In this document: positions 1 through 8,992 of the stretch, piece by piece | Layout of the letters: each line of letters begins with the position of its first letter | Numbering within the stretch: position 1 is the stretch's first letter | From: a virus | Lineage: Duplodnaviria > Caudoviricetes | DNA: 25,633 nucleotides | Reading direction: 5' to 3' (one strand) | IMG/VR virus record: IMGVR_UViG_3300017716_003221 | Coordinates: 1 to 25,633 of that record | The notes under the pieces: generated by a model | What the model saw: only the letters and a program-made list of their open reading frames with translations | What the model was told of the DNA's origin: nothing | Database searches by the model: none | Translations under genes and position numbers: made by a program

Positions 1-459
1 ATAAAAGACTTGATTAAATTGGGTGTTTGGGATGAGAATATGAAAAAACGTATAATGTTAGCAGATGGAAGTGTGCAAAATATTAATGAAATTCCCCAAA
101 GAATCAAAGACATTTATAAAACTGTTTGGGAATTAAAAATGAAAGACATCATTGACATGTCGGCAGATAGAAGTCCTTTTATTTGTCAAACACAAAGTTT
201 GAATTTGTTTTTTCAAAATGTTAATTTTGCAAAACTTTCAAGTGCTTTAATGTATGGATGGAAAAAGGGATTGAAAACGGGTAGTTATTATATTAGAACA
301 AAATCTATTACAGAAGCAAATAAGGCTTTAGGAATTGATGTTTCAACAATAAATGTTCCCAAGATTGTTGTACAAGAAATCGTTGAAGAATATTCTCCCG
401 AAGAATCTGTTACATGTTCATTAGATAATCCCGATGCTTGTATGGCATGTAGTGGATGA
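1..459 (+). CDS. nrdA: Ribonucleotide reductase class I alpha subunit, 3' end (5'-partial)
   Basis: Frame open from base 1; ICQTQSLN, GLKTGSYYIR (radical-transfer Tyr-Tyr pair) and C-terminal redox tail CSLDNPDACMACSG. Confidence 0.95.
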   Translation: MKDLIKLGVWDENMKKRIMLADGSVQNINEIPQRIKDIYKTVWELKMKDIIDMSADRSPFICQTQSLNLFFQNVNFAKLSSALMYGWKKGLKTGSYYIRTKSITEANKALGIDVSTINVPKIVVQEIVEEYSPEESVTCSLDNPDACMACSG

Positions 460-485
460 TAATTTTTTCAAAATTGAACATGAAT

Positions 486-519
486 AGCCAAAAGTGTATT
501 AAAAAATATGCTTTTGGCT
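486..519 (+). terminator. Hairpin after nrdA (terminator or stability stem)
   Basis: AGCCAAAAGTGTATT / AATATGCTTTTGGCT, 15-bp stem with two G-U pairs; U-tract weak. Confidence 0.55.
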
Positions 520-549
520 GATTATAAAAAAATAAATTTAATAATTTTT

Positions 550-711
550 ATGAAAACACAAGAAGAAACAATTACCATTTCTAAAAGAGTTTATGAAAAC
601 CTTTTAACAAACAAAAAGGAATTAGAAATCCTTTATGAACATGGTGTTCAATCATGGGAATTGTATGAACAGTCGATGGAAATTTTAGACAACGATTTAG
701 AAAATAAATAA
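550..711 (+). CDS. Hypothetical protein (53 aa)
   Basis: Start moved from 508, which lies inside the hairpin, to ATG 550 (MKTQEETITISK) after an A/T-rich leader. Confidence 0.75.
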   Translation: MKTQEETITISKRVYENLLTNKKELEILYEHGVQSWELYEQSMEILDNDLENK

Positions 712-743
712 TATAGAAAGTAAAATCCAATCGTTAAACATTT

Positions 744-992
744 ATGAATGAAGATTATGATTTTTCAGAACGTTGGTTTTTGTTTGAAATTTATAAAAAC
801 AAAGATGTAAAAGGCAAGAGTGGAAAATTTATTCTCCCTACTAAATGGTCAGAAGGCTTTGAAACAGAAAAAGAAGCGTTGGAAAAATATAATAAAAGTT
901 ATTTTAATTCATCTTTTTATAAAGTTAAGTGTATAAAATTAAATTTTAGAAAATTAAAATCCTCAAATAATAGCTTATGGAGACGAATTTAG
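744..992 (+). CDS. Hypothetical protein
   Basis: ORF in operon orientation with a typical leader. Confidence 0.7.
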   Translation: MNEDYDFSERWFLFEIYKNKDVKGKSGKFILPTKWSEGFETEKEALEKYNKSYFNSSFYKVKCIKLNFRKLKSSNNSLWRRI

Positions 993-1285
993 AAGTTAAT
1001 GAAGTATTTTTAAATGATAATTTAGAATTTTATCCACAAAAGATTTTATATTGGCTTAGGACTTACAATATTCCATTTAGAGTTATTAGAAAAATAAAGG
1101 AATATAAAGAAATTACAACCCATGAAAGTAATCTTCCTATAATTAGAAAAAGAGAATATTTTACAATGATTATTGAAAATGATGGTGGTGATATTGAATT
1201 TGATAATGTTAATCAATGTATATTCACAATGTTTTTAATGTGGAATGGAAAGAATTTTCAAAATTTAAAATTGATACAAAAATGA
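977..1285 (+). CDS. Hypothetical protein
   Basis: ORF overlapping its neighbours, normal codon usage. Confidence 0.7.
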   Translation: METNLEVNEVFLNDNLEFYPQKILYWLRTYNIPFRVIRKIKEYKEITTHESNLPIIRKREYFTMIIENDGGDIEFDNVNQCIFTMFLMWNGKNFQNLKLIQK

Positions 1286-1494
1286 AAACAGAAGAGTTAG
1301 AAACGTTAAAAGAATTTTCGACATTTGAGCAACAAATAAAACAAATCCAATAAAATACTAAAAATTCACCAATAGATGAAAATACAGTTTCAAAATTTGA
1401 AACAATAGTCACCAATATGTTCACCAAATTAATAGGAACATTAGAAGATATGACAAACAAATTAGAAAAGGAAATCAAAACATTAAATAATTAA
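1282..1494 (+). pseudogene. 70-codon helical protein gene interrupted by an in-frame TAA (1351-1353)
   Basis: ATGA-coupled to the upstream stop; MKTEELETLKEFSTFEQQIKQIQ*NTKNSPIDENTVSKFETIVTNMFTKLIGTLEDMTNKLEKEIKTLNN; ends 4 nt before the next ATG. Confidence 0.7.
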
Positions 1495-1498
1495 AATT

Positions 1499-1894
1499 AT
1501 GTTAATAAAGTATAATGACATTCAATATAAAATTTATTTTAAACATATTAGAAAAACAGCTTTTAAAAGAAAAATGGATATTTGGCATTGGAAAGATGTT
1601 ATTCCAAATGATATTTCAATTTGTTTTATTGAAAATACTCTTACGAAAGAAATAATTGCACAAGGAATTTCAAAATGTTCTAAAAAAGATTATTTTGTAA
1701 AGGAAGTTGGAAGACAAATTTCATTGGTAAGAGCGTTATCAAAAATTGATGATAGTGTGTTGAAATTTTTAATTTCACAAACATATTACAAAAATAAAAC
1801 TATAAAATATCAAGTTGGTGAAATTTTTATCAAAGAATTAGGTTTTTCTCCAAATTTAATAACAGAAGATTTAGAAAATCAATTAACAAAATAA
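1499..1894 (+). CDS. Conserved phage protein of unknown function
   Basis: GISKCSKKDYFVKEVGRQISLVRAL resembles a widespread phage G-x-S-x-C-x3-D-x-F-x-K-x2-GR-x-I-x-L-x-RA motif. Confidence 0.75.
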   Translation: MLIKYNDIQYKIYFKHIRKTAFKRKMDIWHWKDVIPNDISICFIENTLTKEIIAQGISKCSKKDYFVKEVGRQISLVRALSKIDDSVLKFLISQTYYKNKTIKYQVGEIFIKELGFSPNLITEDLENQLTK

Positions 1895-1901
1895 ATTTAA
1901 A

Positions 1902-2333
1902 ATGGTAACTACAATTAAAAATTTACAAGAAGATATTCATTCAACAAATGTTGAAAAGGGTTTTTGGGATGCGAATTTAAAAATTCAAACTATTGAAGAT
2001 GAAGAATTTAGAAATTCTGTTGCAAAGGCTTTTCAAGCACAGAGACTTGCATTGGTAACAAGTGAACTTTCGGAAGCATTAGAAAGTCTTAGAAAACGAG
2101 ATGTTAAACCGATTGGAGATAGTTTAAAAACTGTTGTTGAAAATTCCGATGGTGAATATTTTGTTAAAACTTTTCAAGACTTCATAAAAGATTCCTATCA
2201 AGATGAATTAGCGGATAGTGTCATAAGAATTTTAGACATCGCAGGTGGTGAAGGAATTGATTTAGAGTGGCACATAGTTCAAAAGTTACGTTATAATAAG
2301 ACAAGAGAAAAAATGCACGGTAAGAAATTTTGA
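1902..2333 (+). CDS. MazG-like all-alpha NTP pyrophosphohydrolase
   Basis: SELSEALE and DELADSVIRILD acidic motifs, C-terminal KLRYNKTR..HGKKF. Confidence 0.85.
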   Translation: MVTTIKNLQEDIHSTNVEKGFWDANLKIQTIEDEEFRNSVAKAFQAQRLALVTSELSEALESLRKRDVKPIGDSLKTVVENSDGEYFVKTFQDFIKDSYQDELADSVIRILDIAGGEGIDLEWHIVQKLRYNKTREKMHGKKF

Positions 2334-2339
2334 ATAATT

Positions 2340-2714
2340 ATGAAAACTCTATCTAACATTCAAAAAATTATTATTGGAATAGCTTTAGGAGCTGTTTCAA
2401 TAATAATTTGGCAATTTTTTAGAAAAAGTGCCGAAATATCACCATCTATTACAACATCTTTGAAAGATACAACTTTTATAAATTATGTTTTACGGGAAAA
2501 TGAAAATAAATTTTTAAAAGAAACTAATGAAAACTTGAAGCAAATTATTTTAGAAAATAATTCTCAAAAAATAATTTATTTACAAGACATTCAAAATTCA
2601 AAACAAAAAATTTCTCAAAATGAAAAAACTAATATTGAAAACAATAGTGTTGTTAATGATTCCATTATTTGGAATTTCTCAAACAAACTCACTGAAATTA
2701 GATTGGGGAATTAA
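2340..2714 (+). CDS. N-terminal transmembrane, coiled-coil protein (i-spanin-like)
   Basis: IIIGIALGAVSIIIWQFF transmembrane segment followed by an N/Q/K/E-rich coiled coil. Confidence 0.6.
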   Translation: MKTLSNIQKIIIGIALGAVSIIIWQFFRKSAEISPSITTSLKDTTFINYVLRENENKFLKETNENLKQIILENNSQKIIYLQDIQNSKQKISQNEKTNIENNSVVNDSIIWNFSNKLTEIRLGN

Positions 2715-3063
2715 AAAAGATGTTGAAAAAAATGTTGTAACAATGCCTTATACAACATTTTTATATTTGGATAATATTTTAACAAACTATTTGGAATATA
2801 AAAAAATTGTCCACACATTTGATAAATCGGATAGTGTTAATAAAGAAATTCTAAAAGATTTGAGCCAAGTCATTAACAATTCCGAAAGAATTCAAAATAA
2901 CTTTCAAAAAAATAATGAAATATTATTAAAAGAAAATTTGGAACTTAAATTAAAAGTCGATACTTTTACTCGACAAAACAAAGTGATGAAGAAAGTAATA
3001 TACTTTGTATCAGGGTTTATTATAATAAAATATGTACTAATTCCCGAATTAAAACAATTATAA
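2620..3063 (+). CDS. Signal-peptide, coiled-coil protein with C-terminal transmembrane segment
   Basis: MKKLILKTIVLLMIPLFGIS-Q signal peptide, coiled coil, VIYFVSGFIIIKYVLI; overlaps the upstream gene by 95 nt. Confidence 0.65.
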   Translation: MKKLILKTIVLLMIPLFGISQTNSLKLDWGIKKDVEKNVVTMPYTTFLYLDNILTNYLEYKKIVHTFDKSDSVNKEILKDLSQVINNSERIQNNFQKNNEILLKENLELKLKVDTFTRQNKVMKKVIYFVSGFIIIKYVLIPELKQL

Positions 3064-3093
3064 AATAAATTTTAACAATTAAACAACAGAAAA

Positions 3094-3306
3094 ATGGCTA
3101 TCTAAAAAGTAAAAGTAAAAGAATTAGTTGATGAAGAAAAAAATAAATGGTCAACAAGAAATTATTTAACAGAAGCAATTTCACCAACAGATGCAGAAGT
3201 AAAATTGACAAAACATTTTGAAGGCTCTTTAGTGAGTTTTGAAATTGTTGGATGTGATGAAACAAACTTTGTTGAATATGTTGTAATTGAAGATATTGCA
3301 AAATAA
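3094..3306 (+). pseudogene. DUF4494-like small protein interrupted by an in-frame TAA at codon 4 (3103-3105)
   Basis: MAI*KVKVKELVDEEKNKWSTRNYLTEAISPTDAEVKLTKHFEGSLVSFEIVGCDETNFVEYVVIEDIAK; YL.EA.S.TDAE resembles Bacteroidota DUF4494; good leader. Confidence 0.7.
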
Positions 3307-3340
3307 TTGAACAAATTTTAATTTCTCCTTGTTTCATTAG

Positions 3341-3357
3341 TATATATTTATATTAAA
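3341..3357 (+). promoter_or_regulatory. Putative phage-specific promoter motif TATATATTTATATTAAA
   Basis: Identical 17-mer at 12793-12809 and near copy at 18623-18637, each 8-12 nt before an ATG. Confidence 0.55.
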
Positions 3358-3369
3358 TTACTTTACAAA

Positions 3370-3600
3370 ATGCAAGAAGGAGAAATTTCTAAAGGACTCG
3401 GTGATACAATTGCCAAATTTACAAATTTAACAGGTATGGATAGAGTTGCTAAACAATTAGCAGCTATGTTAGGAAAAGAAGATTGTGGTTGTGATGAAAG
3501 AAGGGAATTATTAAATAGACTTGTTCCATATTCTACATCAAAAATTCCAAATGGAAACACAATTAATAAAAATGGAGAAAGCATACAAATTTTTAATTGA
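3370..3600 (+). CDS. Conserved small phage protein (GLGDT...CGC motif)
   Basis: SKGLGDTIAKFT...DCGCDERRELLN. Confidence 0.8.
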   Translation: MQEGEISKGLGDTIAKFTNLTGMDRVAKQLAAMLGKEDCGCDERRELLNRLVPYSTSKIPNGNTINKNGESIQIFN

Positions 3601-3609
3601 ATAATTAAA

Positions 3610-3933
3610 ATGACCATAGAAGAAATCATTAATAAACAAAATCCTTCATCAAATGAAGCTGTTGAATTGATTCAAAAATATTTGACAGACATTGGTAGAG
3701 AAGATGTTGAATTTGCTAAATTTATTTCTCATCCACAAGCATCACAAATTTTTGAACATTATAAAATGTCATCTATACAAGGATTTATGAATAATCCACA
3801 ACAAATGTTTCAAACAATTAATGATTTTTTCAATTATTGTTACACGGTTGCATTAGAACATTTTAAACGAAAATTAGATATTGAAACGTTTAGATGTTTT
3901 GACAAGAATGGAAAGTTTTTATTTAATTATTAA
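3610..3933 (+). CDS. Hypothetical protein
   Basis: ORF in operon. Confidence 0.75.
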   Translation: MTIEEIINKQNPSSNEAVELIQKYLTDIGREDVEFAKFISHPQASQIFEHYKMSSIQGFMNNPQQMFQTINDFFNYCYTVALEHFKRKLDIETFRCFDKNGKFLFNY

Positions 3934-3945
3934 ACAATTAAATTT

Positions 3946-4194
3946 ATGGAAAAGAAGGAATTGTTAAAATATATTAAATTTCTTTTTGAATTGTCATTTG
4001 ATACAATGAATAAAAAAACAACGTTGATTGATAGAAAGTATTATGAAGGGAAACGAAATGCTTATGAAGACGTTTTGGGACTGTTGAATAATGATTTTGA
4101 AACAGTTGACCATGTTAAAAACTTGTATATGTATTTAAACGAGGAAAAATATGATGAAGAATTGTCTGAAAATGTTGTAAAAGAAGTATTTTAG
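3946..4194 (+). CDS. Hypothetical protein
   Basis: ORF in operon. Confidence 0.7.
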   Translation: MEKKELLKYIKFLFELSFDTMNKKTTLIDRKYYEGKRNAYEDVLGLLNNDFETVDHVKNLYMYLNEEKYDEELSENVVKEVF

Positions 4195-4273
4195 AAAATT
4201 CTATAATGATTATTAATTAAATAAGGTCTTTTAACCCACTTTTTATCAATACAAATCAATTATAATTAAGAAT

Positions 4274-4828
4274 ATGAATAATCACCTTAGCACAGGAAAT
4301 TTAATTAAAATTTCTTTAATTTCTGCCTTATTAACACAAATCTCACATGCGTCATTTGTATTTGCAAGAATCTCACATGAGGAGAATGAAATGATAAAAC
4401 ATTTTTTTTCCTATATATTTGCAATTTCATTAGAACTTTCAATTTATATTTTTACAATGAAAGGAAAAAGAAATTCTGCAATAGCTTTTGGAACAATTTC
4501 TGCCTTAGTAAATATATTTTACTATTGGTATTCGGTTGACACTTCTTTAAACTTTTTATCAAGTGTTGTAGTTAGTTTAATAGTTCCAACAATTATTTAT
4601 GTCTATTCTGATGTTGTTGAAGATGAGCAAAAGAAAAAAGTTGGGAGACCTTTTGGAAGTGTTTCAAAACCAATTATTCCAAAACCTAAGACCAATAAAA
4701 AATTAAAAAAAATTGATGTCCCAACACCGATAGTTACAGAAGAAATTATTCCAATTAAAGATAAGATTGTTTTAAAACCAAACATTAAGAAATCAATTAA
4801 AAAGACTAAAATAGATGAAAAAATTTGA
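4274..4828 (+). CDS. Four-transmembrane protein with a basic Lys/Pro-rich C-terminal tail
   Basis: Four hydrophobic segments in aa ~10-113, then KKKVGRPFG and a K/P-rich tail. Confidence 0.8.
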   Translation: MNNHLSTGNLIKISLISALLTQISHASFVFARISHEENEMIKHFFSYIFAISLELSIYIFTMKGKRNSAIAFGTISALVNIFYYWYSVDTSLNFLSSVVVSLIVPTIIYVYSDVVEDEQKKKVGRPFGSVSKPIIPKPKTNKKLKKIDVPTPIVTEEIIPIKDKIVLKPNIKKSIKKTKIDEKI

Positions 4829-5009
4829 ATATAAACAAATCTATCTCGATGTAAATGACATCAATGAAACACCTACAAAAATGTTAAATATACTTGGTAA
4901 TGATGGATGGGAATTGATTTCAATAGTAGATGCTCAAAACATTGGAAGCAAAGATTTCAAACATTTCTTTTTAAAAAAACCTTTAAAAAATATTAAAAGT
5001 GAAAAATAA
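4815..5009 (+). CDS. DUF4177-like protein
   Basis: MKKFEYK...LNILGNDGWELISI...FFLKKP pattern. Confidence 0.8.
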   Translation: MKKFEYKQIYLDVNDINETPTKMLNILGNDGWELISIVDAQNIGSKDFKHFFLKKPLKNIKSEK

Positions 5010-5051
5010 AATATTATAAACATTTTTATTTCTAATTATTATTAATCAATT

Positions 5052-7661
5052 ATGTATCAATCTGTTAGTTATAATAAATTTAAAGGTGTTGTAAATGTTC
5101 GTGATGATGAAAGAGGATGGTTTGAAGTTCCTTTTAATCCAACATATTATAAAATTGATGATGATGGGGAATTTAAAGACCTTTTTGGAAGAAAATGTAA
5201 AAAAGTTTATTCATATAATGACAATGACAAAGACATTTTGGAAAAGGATGTTGATGAAAAATTAGTTGTTCTAACAAACCTTTACGGAGATAGTGATGAT
5301 GCCCCAAAATTTCAAAACATTCTATTTTTTGATATAGAAATAGAAATAGGTGGACAACTAACAAAAGAATACATTGAACAAGCCCCGATGCCATTAACAT
5401 CTATTGCTGTATATGATGCCACTAAAAAAGAAAGAATCGTTCTAATTATTGATAAAAAAGAAACATTAGAGAATTTTAATAAAGATGGTGTAAGAGTTGT
5501 AACATTTAAAACAGAAAAAAAATTATTAGAATATTTTCTAATGATTTGGAAAGCAATAGACCCAACTATTGTTGTAGGATGGAATAGTGATTATTTTGAT
5601 GTTCCTTATGTTTACTATCGTTTAAAAAAAGTATTTGATAAAAAAACTGCTAATTCTCTTTCACCATTAGGATATGTTAGAGAACAACCGTGGAGTGATA
5701 AACAACCAATTTCAATTTCGGGAGTGAGTAGTTTAGACTATATGAGAATGTATAAAAAATTCATTCCAAAGACACAACCATCTTATAAACTCGATTATAT
5801 TGGAAAGAAAGAAGTAGGATTGGGAAAAATTAAATTTGATGGAAATTTAGACAAATTGTTTAGGGAAGATATTGGAAAATATGTTGACTATAATATGAAT
5901 GACGTTGAAATTTTAATTAAATTAGATGAAAAACTTTCCTTTATTGAATTGAGTGTTCAAATTTGCCATTTTGCACATACATCTTATGAAAACATTTATT
6001 ACTCTTCTATTGTTTTAGATGGGGTAATTTATACATGGCTTAAAAGGAAAGAAATTATTTCGCCCAATAAACCTGTAACAAATAATCCATCGTTAAAAAG
6101 AAGTGATGAAGATGATGAAAAGGATGATGAAAAGTTTAAGGGTGCTATTGTAAAAGACCCTCAAATTGGACTCCATGATTGGCTTACAGACGAAGATTTA
6201 AAGGCTCTCTACCCTTCTAACATTAGGAGTGTTAATATTGGCTTAGAAACGATTATTGGAAGAGTTGTTGATGTTCGTTTGCAGGAATTAGAAGGACTTG
6301 GTGTTGACTATCTAAATTTACTACACCTTGAAAAAGATTTTGAAGAAGTGTACATTGAAAAAATCAATGGTGATAGAACAAAAGTAAACACTAATAAATT
6401 AGTACAATTGATTAAGAAAAATAACTATACAATTAGTGGAAATGGTATAATTTTTAGAACAGATAAAGTTTCAATTATTGCAGAAGTACTTGCCGAATGG
6501 AGTGATAAAAGGGATTGGTATAAAGACCTTATGAAACAAGAACGTAAAAATGGAAACTTTGATAAGGCTAAATTTTATGATATTTTTCAAAGTGTTTTTA
6601 AAGTATTTTCAAATTCAATTTATGGGTGTTTAGCTTTAGCAAGTTTTAGATATACAGATGAAAAGAAATGGCTTTCAACAGCAACAACATTGACAGGTCA
6701 AGTTATTACAAAATCTTCCATAATATTCACAAATGAAATGTTGAGTGAGGAATTAGGATATGAAGATGATTTTGTTGTTGCAAGTGACACAGATAGTATG
6801 TACATAAAGTGTTTTCCGATTGTTCAAAAAAGACTTGGTGACATTGATGTAAATGATGATGAACGAATTATTCCTGTTGTTAGACAAATTGCAGAGGAAC
6901 TAAAAGTTAAAATCAATAGTTATTATGATATATTAGCGAAGGAAGCATTTAATATACAAGGTGTTCACCAATTCTTAATCAAACCCGAATATATTATTAA
7001 AAAGGCTTATTGGAGTGATAAAAAGAAATATGCTTGTTACTTAGTGGAAAAAGAGGGAACTCCAATTAAAAAAGGTGAAGAATTTGATTTCAAGGGTTTA
7101 GATTTAATGAAATCAAATTTTCCAATTAAGTTTAGAGAATTTTCTGAAAAAATGATTATTGACATTTTATTGGGTGCAACAAAGGAGCAGATTGATAAAA
7201 ATGTTTTAGATTTTAAAAAATATACGGAAACCGCACCTTTTAAAGAAATTTCACTCCCAAGTGGTTTAAGAACATTTAATAATAAAATTGCTCAAAAAGC
7301 CCCAAATGGAAAAATATTTTCAACATTAGCAAAAGGAGCAACATCGCATGTAAAAGCAGCTTGTTATTACAATGATTTATTAAAGTTTAAGGGATTGGAC
7401 AAGAAGTATCAACAATTACAAGAAGGTGATAGTGTTCATTATTCTTATTTAAAAGAAAATCCTTATAACATTGCTGTTTTAGGATGTAATGGATACGATG
7501 ACCCTCCCGAAATTTTAGAATTTATTGAAAGATTTATGGACAGAGAACACAATTTTAATTCCATAATTTTGAAAAAGATTCAAAAGGTGTATGACAATTT
7601 GAAATGGGGAGAACCTAACTTTAATGAAAATGTTAATGAATTTTTAAAATATTTTAAATAA
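5052..7661 (+). CDS. polB: Family B DNA polymerase with 3'-5' exonuclease
   Basis: ExoI FDIEIE, ExoII GWNSDYFD, ExoIII YNMND; motif A DLKALYPS, motif B KVFSNSIYG, motif C SDTDS, KKKY, KGLD. Confidence 0.96.
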   Translation: MYQSVSYNKFKGVVNVRDDERGWFEVPFNPTYYKIDDDGEFKDLFGRKCKKVYSYNDNDKDILEKDVDEKLVVLTNLYGDSDDAPKFQNILFFDIEIEIGGQLTKEYIEQAPMPLTSIAVYDATKKERIVLIIDKKETLENFNKDGVRVVTFKTEKKLLEYFLMIWKAIDPTIVVGWNSDYFDVPYVYYRLKKVFDKKTANSLSPLGYVREQPWSDKQPISISGVSSLDYMRMYKKFIPKTQPSYKLDYIGKKEVGLGKIKFDGNLDKLFREDIGKYVDYNMNDVEILIKLDEKLSFIELSVQICHFAHTSYENIYYSSIVLDGVIYTWLKRKEIISPNKPVTNNPSLKRSDEDDEKDDEKFKGAIVKDPQIGLHDWLTDEDLKALYPSNIRSVNIGLETIIGRVVDVRLQELEGLGVDYLNLLHLEKDFEEVYIEKINGDRTKVNTNKLVQLIKKNNYTISGNGIIFRTDKVSIIAEVLAEWSDKRDWYKDLMKQERKNGNFDKAKFYDIFQSVFKVFSNSIYGCLALASFRYTDEKKWLSTATTLTGQVITKSSIIFTNEMLSEELGYEDDFVVASDTDSMYIKCFPIVQKRLGDIDVNDDERIIPVVRQIAEELKVKINSYYDILAKEAFNIQGVHQFLIKPEYIIKKAYWSDKKKYACYLVEKEGTPIKKGEEFDFKGLDLMKSNFPIKFREFSEKMIIDILLGATKEQIDKNVLDFKKYTETAPFKEISLPSGLRTFNNKIAQKAPNGKIFSTLAKGATSHVKAACYYNDLLKFKGLDKKYQQLQEGDSVHYSYLKENPYNIAVLGCNGYDDPPEILEFIERFMDREHNFNSIILKKIQKVYDNLKWGEPNFNENVNEFLKYFK

Positions 7662-7903
7662 TGGCTAATAGAATATATAATATAGACAAAGAATTTGAAA
7701 TTTCTTTAAATTTGAAAGTCAAAGTTTCACAAATTTCAAATTATTTTGCTCTTTCCAAAGAAGATATTGAAAATGTTTTGGAAGATGTTAAATTAAATTT
7801 AAAAGAATCTTTATTGAATAGAATACAACAAGGAAATGAGTTTAGTGACAATTTAACAGAAATGGTCGATTATATAATGTATTCAATAGAAGAAAATAAA
7901 TAA
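7661..7903 (+). CDS. Hypothetical protein
   Basis: TAATG-coupled to the polymerase gene. Confidence 0.75.
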   Translation: MANRIYNIDKEFEISLNLKVKVSQISNYFALSKEDIENVLEDVKLNLKESLLNRIQQGNEFSDNLTEMVDYIMYSIEENK

Positions 7904-7904
7904 A

Positions 7905-8633
7905 ATGATTATTAACAAAGAAATTTTTACAAATTTAATTAAGAAAGCCTATTTGAATGAATTGAATGATGAATTAATTATTCAATTCACAAAAGATGAA
8001 ATCAAAATCCCATTTTTCTTGGGAATGGTTGGTGGAATAATTTCGATGCCAAATAAGTTAAATGAAGAACCATTCGATATGGTGGTGGTAAACATCACAA
8101 ACTTTCTAAAATCTATTAAAATTTTGAAAGAAAGTTTTGAAATGGATTTTCAATCAAAACAAAAAAGTAGATTTATTTCAATGCGTGATGGGAAATATGA
8201 AAATGATTATAGACTTTCAGACATTTCATTATTACAACATGACCATTTAAAAATTTATACATTTCAAGAACCTAAATTTGATGTTAAAATTAACATTAAT
8301 CAAGATTTTATAAAAGATATGTTAGAAATCAAATCTACTATAAAGGTGGAAGATACTTCAACAATACATATAAAATCAATGGGTGATAAGAAATTAGAAT
8401 TTATTTTAGGAGATTACAACAAAGTCAAATATAAATTACCCTTTGAGAAATTAAACCCATCAACATTGGAAATAAATTCAAATTTTAATTTTCAAAAGTT
8501 TATCTCTATCATTGAACAAAATAAAGATGTTATTTCAGGAACTATCTTATTCAAAAAGCCGTTTATTAAATTAGAAACAAATTGTTTAAATAACCTTAAC
8601 ACAATTTATTATTTAGTTGAAAATCAAACTTAA
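7905..8633 (+). CDS. Probable DNA sliding clamp (gp45/PCNA-like)
   Basis: 242 aa, two-domain alpha/beta pattern ending YYLV, located between PolB and the clamp loader; inference from context and size. Confidence 0.6.
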   Translation: MIINKEIFTNLIKKAYLNELNDELIIQFTKDEIKIPFFLGMVGGIISMPNKLNEEPFDMVVVNITNFLKSIKILKESFEMDFQSKQKSRFISMRDGKYENDYRLSDISLLQHDHLKIYTFQEPKFDVKININQDFIKDMLEIKSTIKVEDTSTIHIKSMGDKKLEFILGDYNKVKYKLPFEKLNPSTLEINSNFNFQKFISIIEQNKDVISGTILFKKPFIKLETNCLNNLNTIYYLVENQT

Positions 8634-8641
8634 AACCAATT

Positions 8642-8983
8642 ATGGAATTAGAAGACGAATATATTGATGAAGAAGTTTCTACAAAGAAAAATAGAGGAAA
8701 CCATCTAAAAGGATTGAATAGAAAATCTGTTTCAAAAAATATTATTAAAGACTCATTGCTACATCCATTTTATATTAAAATTGATGGTGACAAATCTTAT
8801 ACAATAATGAAAGAAGGTTCTAATCAAGTGATTGGATATTATACAACCATTGCAAATTCTTTAAAAAGAATTGCTTTAGAAAAAGTTGATGATGTTCAAG
8901 AAGATACGGAAAGAACGTTAAAACAATATTTAACAGAATATTTTACAAAGTTAGAAAACTTTAGTCAAGCAATAACCATTTAA
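8642..8983 (+). CDS. Hypothetical phage protein
   Basis: ORF in operon; PFYIKID..YT...GYY pattern. Confidence 0.75.
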   Translation: MELEDEYIDEEVSTKKNRGNHLKGLNRKSVSKNIIKDSLLHPFYIKIDGDKSYTIMKEGSNQVIGYYTTIANSLKRIALEKVDDVQEDTERTLKQYLTEYFTKLENFSQAITI

Positions 8984-8992
8984 AAATAATTT

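Noticed and set aside
1224-1478. Minus-strand 84-aa ORF
   Set aside because: Shadow of the TAA-interrupted + strand gene at 1282-1494
3098-3629. Minus-strand ORFs 3098-3337 and 3363-3629
   Set aside because: Antisense shadows of better-supported + strand genes
5052-7661. Intein or intron in PolB
   Set aside because: Normal length and motif spacing; no splicing or homing endonuclease motifs
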